From a bacterium (lineage in GTDB: Bacteria > Patescibacteriota > Patescibacteriia > Patescibacteriales > GWE2-39-37): DNA of 64,000 bases. The DNA is taken from positions 24,663 to 88,662 of the forward strand of contig JBAWWA010000003.1 in NCBI GenBank assembly GCA_037146995.1. Direction: 5' to 3'. Under the pieces are notes generated by a model. The model was not told the DNA's origin. It did not search any database and worked only from the letters and a program-made list of their open reading frames with translations. The translations under genes were made by a program, and so were the position numbers. Numbering within the stretch: the first letter of the stretch is position 1; every line of letters starts with the position of its first letter. This document shows, piece after piece, positions 27,610 to 36,380 of this stretch.

Positions 27610-29028
27610 ATGAATCTAGCCGGAAAAGTCGCCTGGAATACTATAGTTCAATTTTTAAGCAAAATCATCTCCATCGTCTTGGGTCTTTTTACGATTGGCA
27701 TCATGACGAGATATCTTGGACCTTCAAATTTCGGCGAGTACACAACGATTCTGACTTTTATCTCTTTTTTCGCAGTCGCCGCTGACCTTGGTCTAACCCT
27801 GGTGACCGTACAAATGATTTCTGTGCCGAATGTTGACCAAAACAAGACACTCTCAAATCTTTTTAGTCTCAGGTTAATTAGCGCTCTGGTTATGTTACTC
27901 GCTGCTCCAGTCTTTGTTTGGTTGTTTCCCTACTCGCAAGCCATTAAAATCGGCGTTGCCATTGCTTGGTCATCATATTTCTTTGTCGCCCTGAACCAGA
28001 TATTGATTGGTTTTTTTCAGAAAGAATTAAGGCTCGACAAGGCCTCTATTGCCGAAATCGTTAGTCGGATAGTGTTGTTTATCGGCATCGTACTCACTGT
28101 AAAGTACGACCTTGGTCTTAATGGCATCTTGTGGTTTTCAGTCATCTCAAGCTTCCTAAACTTTGGCTTATTGTTTTATTACTCACGGCCATACGCTAAA
28201 ATTTCCTTGAATTTTAATTGGGAAATTTGGCTTGAAATAACAAAAAAATCATGGCCCATCGGCGTGACAATTTTTTTCAACCTGATTTACCTGCGCACTG
28301 ACATTTTACTACTCTCAATTTTCAAGTCACAAAATGACGTTGGTGTTTATGGCGCCGCTTACAAAGTTATTGATGTTCTCATTACCTTGCCGTTCATTTT
28401 TGCTGGCATCGTGCTACCAATTATGACTAGTTCATGGCTCAACAAAAACCACGAACGTTTTCAAATGGTTGTGCAAAGATCTTTTGACTTAATGTCACTG
28501 CTCGCCATACCTCAATTTTTTGGCGCCTATTTCCTAGCTGGTAGCCTGATGAGCTTAGTCGCCGGCAAGGAGTTTGCTATTTCCGGTCCTATTTTACAAA
28601 TTCTGATGGCTGCCTCTAGTATCGTATTTATCGGCACTGTTTTTTCACATGCTGTCATCGCAGTCAATCGCCAGAAAAATATCATTGGTGCTTATGCTTT
28701 TGTCGCCGCCACCTCGCTGATCGGTTACCTCATTTTTATTCCTAAATTTTCTTATTTCGGCGCTGCTTGGGTCACTATCTACTCCGAACTTGCTATTGCT
28801 CTCGCTTCTTTTTACATAGTTTACAAAGAAAGCGGCTTTGTGCCTCATTTTAAGGTTTTTAATAAAAGCTTATTAGCTTCGATCATCATGTCGCTCGGCA
28901 TTATCGCTCTCAAGCATTTTTCACTGCTTACCAATATCAGTGTTGCCATTTTTAGCTATTTCATTAGTCTATATATGTTAAAAGGCATTACCAAACAAGA
29001 CATACTGGAATTAGTAGCAAAAAGTTAA
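27610..29028 (+). CDS. polysaccharide/oligosaccharide flippase (MOP/Wzx-like)
   Basis: 472 aa with about 14 TM helices. The N-terminus (VAWNTIVQFLSKIISIVLGLFTIGIMTRYLGPSNFGEY) is typical of Wzx-type flippases. Confidence 0.65.
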   Translation: MNLAGKVAWNTIVQFLSKIISIVLGLFTIGIMTRYLGPSNFGEYTTILTFISFFAVAADLGLTLVTVQMISVPNVDQNKTLSNLFSLRLISALVMLLAAPVFVWLFPYSQAIKIGVAIAWSSYFFVALNQILIGFFQKELRLDKASIAEIVSRIVLFIGIVLTVKYDLGLNGILWFSVISSFLNFGLLFYYSRPYAKISLNFNWEIWLEITKKSWPIGVTIFFNLIYLRTDILLLSIFKSQNDVGVYGAAYKVIDVLITLPFIFAGIVLPIMTSSWLNKNHERFQMVVQRSFDLMSLLAIPQFFGAYFLAGSLMSLVAGKEFAISGPILQILMAASSIVFIGTVFSHAVIAVNRQKNIIGAYAFVAATSLIGYLIFIPKFSYFGAAWVTIYSELAIALASFYIVYKESGFVPHFKVFNKSLLASIIMSLGIIALKHFSLLTNISVAIFSYFISLYMLKGITKQDILELVAKS

Positions 29029-29039
29029 CTCAAAACGGA

Positions 29040-30149
29040 ATGAACAACACAAATAAAAAAATCTTAATTATTGGCTCGGTCAATACGGATATTAGTTACC
29101 TAAAAGCCTTTCTATTTGATATCCACAAAAAAGGCATCAGCCTAATCTACTGGGGCGATAATGAGACGCTACTTGAACTCTTCAAAAGTAATAATTGGTC
29201 TTTTGAAAAAATGCATTTTTTTAAAGTAAACAAATTCTTTACTACGACTAAGTGGTTAATGCAACTTTTCTATCTTCTCAAGTTGAACAAAAAATTAAAA
29301 ATAATTATGAGCCTACAAAATATATCGACGCTCATAATTTCCAATAATGCCAAATTATTTATCAGTTCCATGATTATCAAAAGAGGCTTAAAACTTAATT
29401 GGCTAGAGATACCAACCGAAACCGCCACCAGCGTATTGAGTCTTAAAAAAATCTCTAAAAAAGCCAACCTTATCACTTTTAGCAGCATAGATCGCAACAA
29501 CCTTAAAAAGGCCGGTTATGGCGGACATTTCAAAACTATTGAACCTGGCCTTGATTTAAAAAATTTAAAGCGTCAAGATAGCATTTTTCAAGGACTAGCG
29601 CGCCTGGATCATCCAAAAAGAAAATTCTTTACCATTGGAACAATTACCCCGCTAAATAATCATCGACTAGAAATATTATTTAAGGCCATAGCCAGGGCTC
29701 AGGAGGTAATACCGAATATACACCTGGTTATCGTTGGCGGAGGACCAGAAAAGAAAACCTTAATGTGGCTAGCCAAAAGAATGGGTATCGAAAGCTCTGT
29801 CTGGCTAGTTGGTGAACAAGCCAATAAGCGCAAATGGCTAGAAAATCTCGATTTATACCTTTCAATTAACCAAGAAATCACCATAGACGACCTTTTTTTC
29901 ACGCTCGAGGCCATGGCTGCAAAACTGCCAATAATTGCCAATTTCGGCTCAGGGCTTGACGATTTGGTCTTTGAAGGTAAGAATGGTTATCTAACCTGCA
30001 TGAATGACAGCGAGGTTATTGCTCAATATATCATCAATATCGAGCAAGATGCCAAACTCAAAGAAAGATTAGGACAAGCCTCACTCGATCGCGTCACCAA
30101 GCACTTTAATTTAGAACAGATGTCGATTCAATTTGAAAAAATCATATGA
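29040..30149 (+). CDS. glycosyltransferase (GT-B, family 4-like)
   Basis: 369 aa. The C-terminal half (LVIVGGGPEK...LDLYLSINQEITIDDLFFTLEAMAAKLPIIAN) is typical of the GT4 nucleotide-sugar-binding domain. Confidence 0.6.
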   Translation: MNNTNKKILIIGSVNTDISYLKAFLFDIHKKGISLIYWGDNETLLELFKSNNWSFEKMHFFKVNKFFTTTKWLMQLFYLLKLNKKLKIIMSLQNISTLIISNNAKLFISSMIIKRGLKLNWLEIPTETATSVLSLKKISKKANLITFSSIDRNNLKKAGYGGHFKTIEPGLDLKNLKRQDSIFQGLARLDHPKRKFFTIGTITPLNNHRLEILFKAIARAQEVIPNIHLVIVGGGPEKKTLMWLAKRMGIESSVWLVGEQANKRKWLENLDLYLSINQEITIDDLFFTLEAMAAKLPIIANFGSGLDDLVFEGKNGYLTCMNDSEVIAQYIINIEQDAKLKERLGQASLDRVTKHFNLEQMSIQFEKII

Positions 30150-31075
30150 ACTTCACAATCGCCGAAACTGAAAACAATACCCGCCTAGACAAATACCTAG
30201 TTGGTGCTCTGCCAGAATTGAGCCGTAACCAAATTCAAAAATTAATTGAAGAAAATTTGGTCATGGTCAATGAAGTAGGTCAAAAATCTAATTATAGATT
30301 AAAAACGGCTGATATTGTCACTATCGTTAGCACCTCACGAGCAGAAAAAGTGGCCAAAGAATATGATCATTCAATTTTTGAGTTAATTACTATTGTTGCA
30401 GAAACATCTGACTATGTAATTATTAATAAACCGGCCGGACTCATCATTCATGGTTCAGACTTCTTACTTGAGCCCAGCCTAGTCGACTGGCTACTAAAAC
30501 GCTATCCGGAGATTATAAATATTGGTGACGATAAACAACGCCCCGGGATCGTCCATCGCATTGATAAAGACGTCAGTGGCATGGTTGTGATTGCCAAAAC
30601 GCCTGAAGCCTTCAAGCATTTCAAAAAATTATTCGCTTACAGACGAATCAAAAAGATATATACAGCCTTGGTTTTTGATAAGGTGATCAGAGAAAAAGAC
30701 ACCATAGAATTCGTTATCGAGCGCTCAACAAGTGGACACAAAATGGCTGCCCGGCCCGTAAATCAAGAAGGTAAGCCCTCAATCAGCGAATTCGAGATCA
30801 TTACGCGCTACATCAACTACACTTTACTAAAAATCCAGATCAAAACCGGTAGAACACATCAAATCAGGGCTCATTTAGCCGCCTATGGTCACCCGATTGT
30901 TGGCGACAATTTATACGGCACTCATCGCAACAAATTGGCCAATCAAAAACTAAAAACCGACAGAATCTATTTAGTCGCCTCTGAATTAAGCTTTAAGGAT
31001 TTGCAAGGTGAACCACAAAGCTATAAGATAAATTTACCAGAAAAATTTAACGAATTATTAAAAGTTATAAAATAA
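30146..31075 (+). CDS. RluA/RluD-family pseudouridine synthase
   Basis: 309 aa. S4-like N-terminus (RLDKYLV...SRNQIQKLI), catalytic HRIDKDVSGMVVIAKT and GRTHQIRAHL. Its ATGA start overlaps the upstream gene. Confidence 0.88.
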   Translation: MNFTIAETENNTRLDKYLVGALPELSRNQIQKLIEENLVMVNEVGQKSNYRLKTADIVTIVSTSRAEKVAKEYDHSIFELITIVAETSDYVIINKPAGLIIHGSDFLLEPSLVDWLLKRYPEIINIGDDKQRPGIVHRIDKDVSGMVVIAKTPEAFKHFKKLFAYRRIKKIYTALVFDKVIREKDTIEFVIERSTSGHKMAARPVNQEGKPSISEFEIITRYINYTLLKIQIKTGRTHQIRAHLAAYGHPIVGDNLYGTHRNKLANQKLKTDRIYLVASELSFKDLQGEPQSYKINLPEKFNELLKVIK

Positions 31076-31641
31076 TGATTATCTCTTTTTGTGGCAATGC
31101 TGGAGCAGGAAAAACTACGGCAGCTAAACAACTAGCCAAAGATTTAGGTTGGCCACATTACTATATTGGTGGACTCCGCCGACAAAAAGCCAAGGAACGC
31201 GGTCTCACCCTCGAAGAATATAATCAACTTGGTGAAACCGACCCCAAAACTGATCTAGAAGTAGATGAATATCAACGTGAGCTCGCCACCAAGGAGGATA
31301 ATTTCATTATTGAGGGTCGTACCTCCTGGTATTTTATCCCAACTTCTTTCAAAATTTTTATGGACGTTAACGAAGAGATTGGCGCCGAGCGAATTTTAAA
31401 AAACTTGCAAATGCCAAATGACCGCAACGAAACCAATAAAGTGGTCAATCAAATCAAGGAAATGCAAAGCCTTAACCTGGCCAGAAAAACCAGTGACACG
31501 CTTAGATACAAGCAATATTACAACATAGATGTTTATGACAAGTCAAACTTTGACTACGTATTAGATACTAGCGACCTAACCCCAGATCAATCATACGACT
31601 TAATTTGGGAAAAAGTTCAAAAGATATTGACAAAAGCATAA
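31075..31641 (+). CDS. cytidylate-kinase-like P-loop NMP kinase
   Basis: 188 aa. The P-loop (ISFCGNAGAGKTTAAKQLA) and overall size resemble archaeal-type CMP kinase/AAA kinases. Confidence 0.55.
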   Translation: MIISFCGNAGAGKTTAAKQLAKDLGWPHYYIGGLRRQKAKERGLTLEEYNQLGETDPKTDLEVDEYQRELATKEDNFIIEGRTSWYFIPTSFKIFMDVNEEIGAERILKNLQMPNDRNETNKVVNQIKEMQSLNLARKTSDTLRYKQYYNIDVYDKSNFDYVLDTSDLTPDQSYDLIWEKVQKILTKA

Positions 31642-31724
31642 CAATGTTCTAATATTTGTACAGAAATAATAAAGTTTTTATAGGGATAAAATAGAACTAG
31701 AGGTTCTATTTTTAAATTAAATTT

Positions 31725-32120
31725 ATGGCTGCACCGAAAAAAGCACCGAAAAAACCACGTATTGAAAAGGTTATCACTACAGACGTAGAAGCCTTAAAAG
31801 AAGCAGTTGCCAAATTGGCACCTGGCATGACAATCCGTCTTCATCAAAAAATCAAGGAACTTAACACTAAAAACGAGGAAAAAGAACGTTTGCAGTATTT
31901 TGAAGGTATTATTATTGCCTTGAAAAAAAATAAAAGTACTGGCGGAACTATTACTGTTCGCAAAGTGTCAGACGGTGTTGGTGTAGAAAAGATCTACCCT
32001 ATCAATTTACCGACAATCACCAAGATCGAGATCAAAAAGCAGGCCGCAGTCCGTCGCGCCAAGTTGTATTTCTTGAAACGTGATTACAAAAAGAAATTAT
32101 CAGAGAAAAAAATCGCCTAA
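31725..32120 (+). CDS. rplS: 50S ribosomal protein L19
   Basis: 131 aa. ERLQYFEGIIIALKKNKSTGGTITVRKVSDGVGVEKIYPINLPTITKIEI matches the L19 core. Lys-rich N- and C-terminal extensions. Confidence 0.88.
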   Translation: MAAPKKAPKKPRIEKVITTDVEALKEAVAKLAPGMTIRLHQKIKELNTKNEEKERLQYFEGIIIALKKNKSTGGTITVRKVSDGVGVEKIYPINLPTITKIEIKKQAAVRRAKLYFLKRDYKKKLSEKKIA

Positions 32121-32147
32121 TACTATTGGGGCATTTCACCCCTCTAT

Positions 32148-32230
32148 GCCGAGGTGGTGAAACGGTATACACGCAACCTTGAGGTGGTTGTGGGAGCAAT
32201 CCCGTGGAGGTTCAAATCCTCTTCTCGGCA
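32148..32230 (+). tRNA. tRNA-Leu (GAG), long variable arm
   Basis: Acceptor GCCGAGG/TCTCGGC (one G:U), anticodon stem CAACC/GGTTG, loop TTGAGGT, variable arm TGGGAGCAATCCCGT, T arm GGAGG-TTCAAAT-CCTCT. Confidence 0.88.
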
Positions 32231-32321
32231 CACCCGTACAAGATAAAGTTCATAAAACCACACTCAGACAGCAACAGAATTATTGAAAATCTAAACGCTC
32301 TATGATATTATAGAGCTATAA

Positions 32322-32395
32322 GCGTGATTAGCTCAGCTGGTTAGAGCACTTCGTTTACACCGAAGGGGTCGGGGGTTCGAATCCCTCATCACGCA
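32322..32395 (+). tRNA. tRNA-Val (TAC)
   Basis: Acceptor GCGTGAT/ATCACGC, anticodon stem CTTCG/CGAAG, loop TTTACAC, T arm GGGGG-TTCGAAT-CCCTC. Confidence 0.9.
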
Positions 32396-32476
32396 CAAAT
32401 AAATAATCCGGTTCTTGCCGGATTTTTTATTTTTGAATAATTAGAAAGGATTCGAAGTTTATGCTCGGTACGGGTA

Positions 32477-32495
32477 AATCACTCATCACGCACAA
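32477..32495 (+). repeat. degenerate direct repeat of the tRNA-Val 3' end
   Basis: AATCACTCATCACGCACAA (32477-32495) versus AATCCCTCATCACGCACAA (32380-32398) is 18/19 identical. It is preceded by GGATTCGAAG, which resembles the T loop GGTTCGAA. Confidence 0.7.
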
Positions 32496-32559
32496 GAAAT
32501 GACAACCAAAAGGTTGTTTTTTTATTTGCCAAAAACACCATTTAAGCTACAATTATAAG

Positions 32560-32979
32560 ATGCAAATCACAACCCACTCATATGAAGAAACCTTCGCATT
32601 AGCGGAGCAATTCGCCACAAAACTCAAGGGTGGCGAGGTCATTTGCCTAAGTGGCAACCTTGGTGCTGGCAAAACTGCTTTTAGCCAAGGTCTAGCCAAG
32701 GGGCTCGGTATTACAAAGGTCATAAATAGCCCCACATTCGTCATTATGAAACTTTATGACGCAAAACAGCAAACCATAAAGCTCCTCTGCCATATCGACG
32801 CCTACAGACTTAATTCGGCCAAAGACCTTGAAAATATCGGTGCGTTAGACTATCTTTACGCACCTGACTGCGTCACAATCATCGAATGGCCAGAAATAGT
32901 TCAGGATATCCTAACCAAGCCCTATCAAAAAATCTCTATTGCAATTAGCGAGAACACTCGAATAATAAATATAATATAA
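32560..32979 (+). CDS. tsaE: tRNA t6A37 biosynthesis ATPase TsaE
   Basis: 139 aa. GEVICLSGNLGAGKTAFSQGLAKGLGI...INSPTF is the TsaE/YjeE signature. Confidence 0.85.
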   Translation: MQITTHSYEETFALAEQFATKLKGGEVICLSGNLGAGKTAFSQGLAKGLGITKVINSPTFVIMKLYDAKQQTIKLLCHIDAYRLNSAKDLENIGALDYLYAPDCVTIIEWPEIVQDILTKPYQKISIAISENTRIINII

Positions 32980-33809
32980 TGTACAATCCTAATGCTTTTC
33001 CTGCTAGAGAAACAGAAACAATTAACCCAAACAAATTAGCCATTTATAATTGGTTAAAAAAAGACACCGAACAAAGCAACCTAACAGCTTCTCTCGAGGA
33101 GATGGAGGATGCGATCGATCAAGCAGGAACCGAACCGCAATACGCGCAAGAAGTTGTTGAGCGTGATCAACTAAGCACAAAAAAACAATTCGAAGCATTC
33201 AAAAAAAATCCAGATATCAATGGTCCAGTTTTTGAATTTATCTTCGAGAAACTTGGCTCATCAGGCGCTTTTGGTGACAACATTGAAATCATTCGCACCA
33301 ACAACTATGACGACTACAACAACAAGACCGATTTCGTTCTTAAAATCAATGATCAATATATTGCGCTTGACTTAACTGCCGCCGAGCTCTCAAGTAACCG
33401 ATCACCCAAGTACGCCGAGACGATCGACAAATTGAATGAAAAAAAATTCACGAACCTGAAGTATTACATCGATGATTCGCGAGACAAGCCAGGTGCGCTA
33501 AACGATATTCCTAAAGTTATAATCGAAACTAGTCCAAGTTCGCTCGAGGAAATTTGTGACGAAATCGTACGAGCCGGCGGACTCGGAAAAGCAAAAATCA
33601 CCAAAGAAGTAGTCAAAAAATCTCCCCTGGCTAAATTCACGCTCGAACAAACCTTTCAGCAATTACAGTCACAAGCCTTCTTTTTAAATGATAAATTTCT
33701 AGGCTCAAGTCCGACCAATGCCGAAAAATACAAAACCATGCTTGATAAAGTCCTAGAAATTCGTGACACCATTAGTGAGGAAATAAAAAAGTCCCAAACT
33801 ACAAAATAA
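32979..33809 (+). CDS. hypothetical protein
   Basis: 276-aa ORF whose start overlaps the tsaE stop. No motif recognised. Confidence 0.5.
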   Translation: MYNPNAFPARETETINPNKLAIYNWLKKDTEQSNLTASLEEMEDAIDQAGTEPQYAQEVVERDQLSTKKQFEAFKKNPDINGPVFEFIFEKLGSSGAFGDNIEIIRTNNYDDYNNKTDFVLKINDQYIALDLTAAELSSNRSPKYAETIDKLNEKKFTNLKYYIDDSRDKPGALNDIPKVIIETSPSSLEEICDEIVRAGGLGKAKITKEVVKKSPLAKFTLEQTFQQLQSQAFFLNDKFLGSSPTNAEKYKTMLDKVLEIRDTISEEIKKSQTTK

Positions 33810-33824
33810 TTTGGGACAACACTG

Positions 33825-34013
33825 CTACTTAATAACACGTAGCAAGGTATGGTTTTTGGTCCTAACAAACCCTTCTTTGCGCAAAATTTCTTTAGCGCGT
33901 TTGTCGAGTTCAAGATGGCCTTGTGCTAAAGGATTTTTTTTAAAAAACCCTAAAGCAATTTTTGGTAAAACGACATCTGAAACCAGCTTGCGTTTAGTTT
34001 TTTCGCTGCTCAT
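33825..34013 (-). CDS. small hypothetical basic protein
   Basis: 62 aa. AAAGGAG SD 6 nt upstream of the ATG at 34013. Preferred over the overlapping + strand ORF 33811..34032, which has a TTG start and no SD. Confidence 0.4.
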   Translation of the reverse strand: MSSEKTKRKLVSDVVLPKIALGFFKKNPLAQGHLELDKRAKEILRKEGFVRTKNHTLLRVIK

Positions 34014-34104
34014 CACGAGCTCCTTTCTTTAAAGTTCGAACCCCCTAACGAGAAGTTAATTTAGCACATAATTACAATTTTGTCAATAATCAAGCAATCC
34101 AATC

Positions 34105-34133
34105 TTGACAAATAGTAAAAATTATATTAAAGT
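34105..34133 (+). promoter_or_regulatory. sigma70-type promoter
   Basis: TTGACA (34105-34110), 17-nt spacer, TAAAGT (34128-34133). Confidence 0.4.
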
Positions 34134-34150
34134 GTATTACCTCAACCACA

Positions 34151-35107
34151 ATGATTAAAGAGTCAATAAATAATAAATTAGCTATTTTTAGCGAAGAAAA
34201 TGAACTAGAGGTTGAGACTGCCCTTTTACAACTGAGACCGAAATTGAGAGAAGTTTGGCAAAATAAGTACGATCAAGCTCTTGAGGAGGAAAATCAAGCA
34301 AAGTTGCACGCCATTTTGAATGACCTTAAAAGGGTCATCGAATTTCAGCAAGAAGGTTTGCAAGATAAATTAACCGAAGACGACTTTATTGCCACCTTTT
34401 CTGAAACCAAAGAGCTCGATCATGATTTTTTAGTCGACATATTAGCCGATTTAAAAGCGGCATATTTTAATAATGAGCTTACAGAAATTGACAGCGGTAT
34501 GGCTGGCTCAGTTTATTTTAGAAAAGTCCCCAATAAACCGGACTCGCAATACTGCATCAAGATTATCAATAATCCCTCAACTAATGAGAATTATAAAAAA
34601 TATAATTCCATAAAAAAAGAGTTCGAGCTTCAGTCACAGCTAGCCGACATTAATATTGATGGCGTCCGTCTACCGACACCTTACTTGGTAATCGAGAACA
34701 AAAAACTACACCTCATAGTCATGGAAAAATTAGAGGCAGACCCATTATACGTTTTTACGAACGAACAGATGGTCGGCAAGCCGCACATCAAAAAAACTCT
34801 ACCAAAAGATTTTGATGCTGAAACTTTTTTCACCGCCTTGACCGCTTATATGAAGGAATGGCACCGACAAGGCTTTCATCATCGGGATTTTCACCTCGGC
34901 AATATCATGCTGGATCGACAAACCTTAATGCCTTTAGTAATTGACACCGGCCGCACGAAAAAAATTCAACCCAGTGAAGATCCTTATAACGAGACCGTCG
35001 TGAACCAATTCAGTACCACTAAAAATTATTTTCCAAAAGATCTCGAAATGCTTGAAAAAGCCAAACAAACGCTCAAGACAATATCACAATCTAAAAATAA
35101 GGAGTAA
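34151..35107 (+). CDS. protein-kinase-like fold protein (ePK/APH-like)
   Basis: 318 aa. Gly-rich loop DSGMAGSVYF, Lys motif QYCIKII, catalytic loop GFHHRDFHLGNIML (HRDxxxxN) and VIDTGRT (DxG). Confidence 0.65.
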   Translation: MIKESINNKLAIFSEENELEVETALLQLRPKLREVWQNKYDQALEEENQAKLHAILNDLKRVIEFQQEGLQDKLTEDDFIATFSETKELDHDFLVDILADLKAAYFNNELTEIDSGMAGSVYFRKVPNKPDSQYCIKIINNPSTNENYKKYNSIKKEFELQSQLADINIDGVRLPTPYLVIENKKLHLIVMEKLEADPLYVFTNEQMVGKPHIKKTLPKDFDAETFFTALTAYMKEWHRQGFHHRDFHLGNIMLDRQTLMPLVIDTGRTKKIQPSEDPYNETVVNQFSTTKNYFPKDLEMLEKAKQTLKTISQSKNKE

Positions 35108-35110
35108 TTT

Positions 35111-35305
35111 ATGTCAATTCAGATCTCATCACAACTGATTACACTCGCCAACAAGGCCATCGAACAGCTGATCAACAATCAACTCAGCTCAATCATCATT
35201 CCAGGCACAGACTTTTCGGTCTCAACCACTAAGCCTTTAAACAGGCCAGCCAAAGAAATAATTTATCACGATATAGTGTATTTTATCATTTGGCCAGCCG
35301 CTTAA
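35111..35305 (+). CDS. small hypothetical protein
   Basis: 64 aa with an AAGGAG SD. Starts 3 nt after the kinase-like gene. Confidence 0.45.
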   Translation: MSIQISSQLITLANKAIEQLINNQLSSIIIPGTDFSVSTTKPLNRPAKEIIYHDIVYFIIWPAA

Positions 35306-35315
35306 ATGCCATAGA

Positions 35316-35765
35316 TCATCCAATTTGGGTGATCTTTTTTTGTGAAAATAAATAAGTTATTACGCCGACAAAAATCATCGCATCGGCGAGATTAAAAACG
35401 GTAAAATATTTACAATCAAAATAATCAATTACATAGCCGTAAATCAAGCGATCCCAAAAATTACTCACAGCACCAAGGATGATCAAAGAAAAAAATAAGA
35501 CAAAGATCGGCATAAACTTGCTCTGCTCTTTCGCAAGGTAATATATCAAACCGACAATCAAGCTAGCGATTATAAAATTTAAGACCATTCCCTTAATCGG
35601 CAGAGAAAAAGCAATATAGGGATTTGCGGCAAACTTAAAGCTTAAAAAATTTTTTATCAAACTGAATTCATAACCTTTCAAGGCCCAGTCTTTAAAAAAC
35701 CTATCCAGAGCAAATAAAAAAACAGCTATTAACAAATAAGCTGCTTTTTTTATATTCGAGGTCAT
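35316..35765 (-). CDS. lspA: lipoprotein signal peptidase II
   Basis: 149 aa with 4 TM helices. NFWDRLIYGYVIDYFD and FNLADAMIFVG contain the two catalytic Asp regions of LspA. Confidence 0.85.
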   Translation of the reverse strand: MTSNIKKAAYLLIAVFLFALDRFFKDWALKGYEFSLIKNFLSFKFAANPYIAFSLPIKGMVLNFIIASLIVGLIYYLAKEQSKFMPIFVLFFSLIILGAVSNFWDRLIYGYVIDYFDCKYFTVFNLADAMIFVGVITYLFSQKKITQIG

Positions 35766-35770
35766 GAATA

Positions 35771-36151
35771 TTACAATGCTTGAAGTTTGCTTTTACATTC
35801 AACGCAAGCCGAAGCAACAGGCCTAGCCTGTAGACGCTTTTCGGCAATTGGTTGCTTGCAATATTTACAAACTCCGTAGGTGCCATCAGCAATGCGAGCT
35901 AAAGCCGTTTCGATATCACGTAAATTATCGTCTAAAATGCGTTCCGTGGCCAAATTAGTAGTATAGCCCTCAATTTCCTGCGCCTGCTCATCTAATTTTT
36001 CACCAACAACCGGAAACTTGGCATGAATATCCTTGTTAGATTCACCCTCTGAAACTTCACCCAGTTCACGCAATATATCAGCACGATCCTGAATTAATTG
36101 CTCTTTAATCTGCATTAAAACCTCAGGACTAATCATCTTATTTTCACTCAT
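35771..36151 (-). CDS. DksA/TraR-family C4 zinc-finger protein
   Basis: 126 aa. Coiled-coil N-terminus and CKYCKQPIAEKRLQARPVASACVECK (CxxC-x17-CxxC). Confidence 0.8.
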   Translation of the reverse strand: MSENKMISPEVLMQIKEQLIQDRADILRELGEVSEGESNKDIHAKFPVVGEKLDEQAQEIEGYTTNLATERILDDNLRDIETALARIADGTYGVCKYCKQPIAEKRLQARPVASACVECKSKLQAL

Positions 36152-36221
36152 ATTCGTATTTTATACTTATAAGCTAATTATAGCCCTAATAGCCCTAAAA
36201 ATCAAGTATCTGGCCGTATTA

Positions 36222-36250
36222 TTGACTAGTCGCAATTAATTTGATAGCAT
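36222..36250 (+). promoter_or_regulatory. sigma70-type promoter upstream of tRNA-Asp
   Basis: TTGACT (36222-36227), 17-nt spacer, TAGCAT (36245-36250). Confidence 0.45.
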
Positions 36251-36306
36251 ATCAAAAGAGTCTTTGAGTGACCTGTTTTTTGGTTATTTTAAAGCCTGAT
36301 ACCGCT

Positions 36307-36380
36307 GGAGCGGTAGTTCAGTTGGTTAGAATGCTGCCCTGTCACGGCAGAGGTCGCGAGTTCGAGTCTCGTCCGCTCCG
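36307..36380 (+). tRNA. tRNA-Asp (GTC)
   Basis: Acceptor GGAGCGG/CCGCTCC, anticodon stem CTGCC/GGCAG, loop CTGTCAC, T arm GCGAG-TTCGAGT-CTCGT. Confidence 0.92.

Noticed and set aside
33811-34032. Track ORF 33811..34032(+)
   Set aside because: It has a TTG start directly after the upstream stop, no SD and a low-complexity translation. The overlapping minus-strand ORF has a good AAAGGAG SD and was preferred, though with low confidence.
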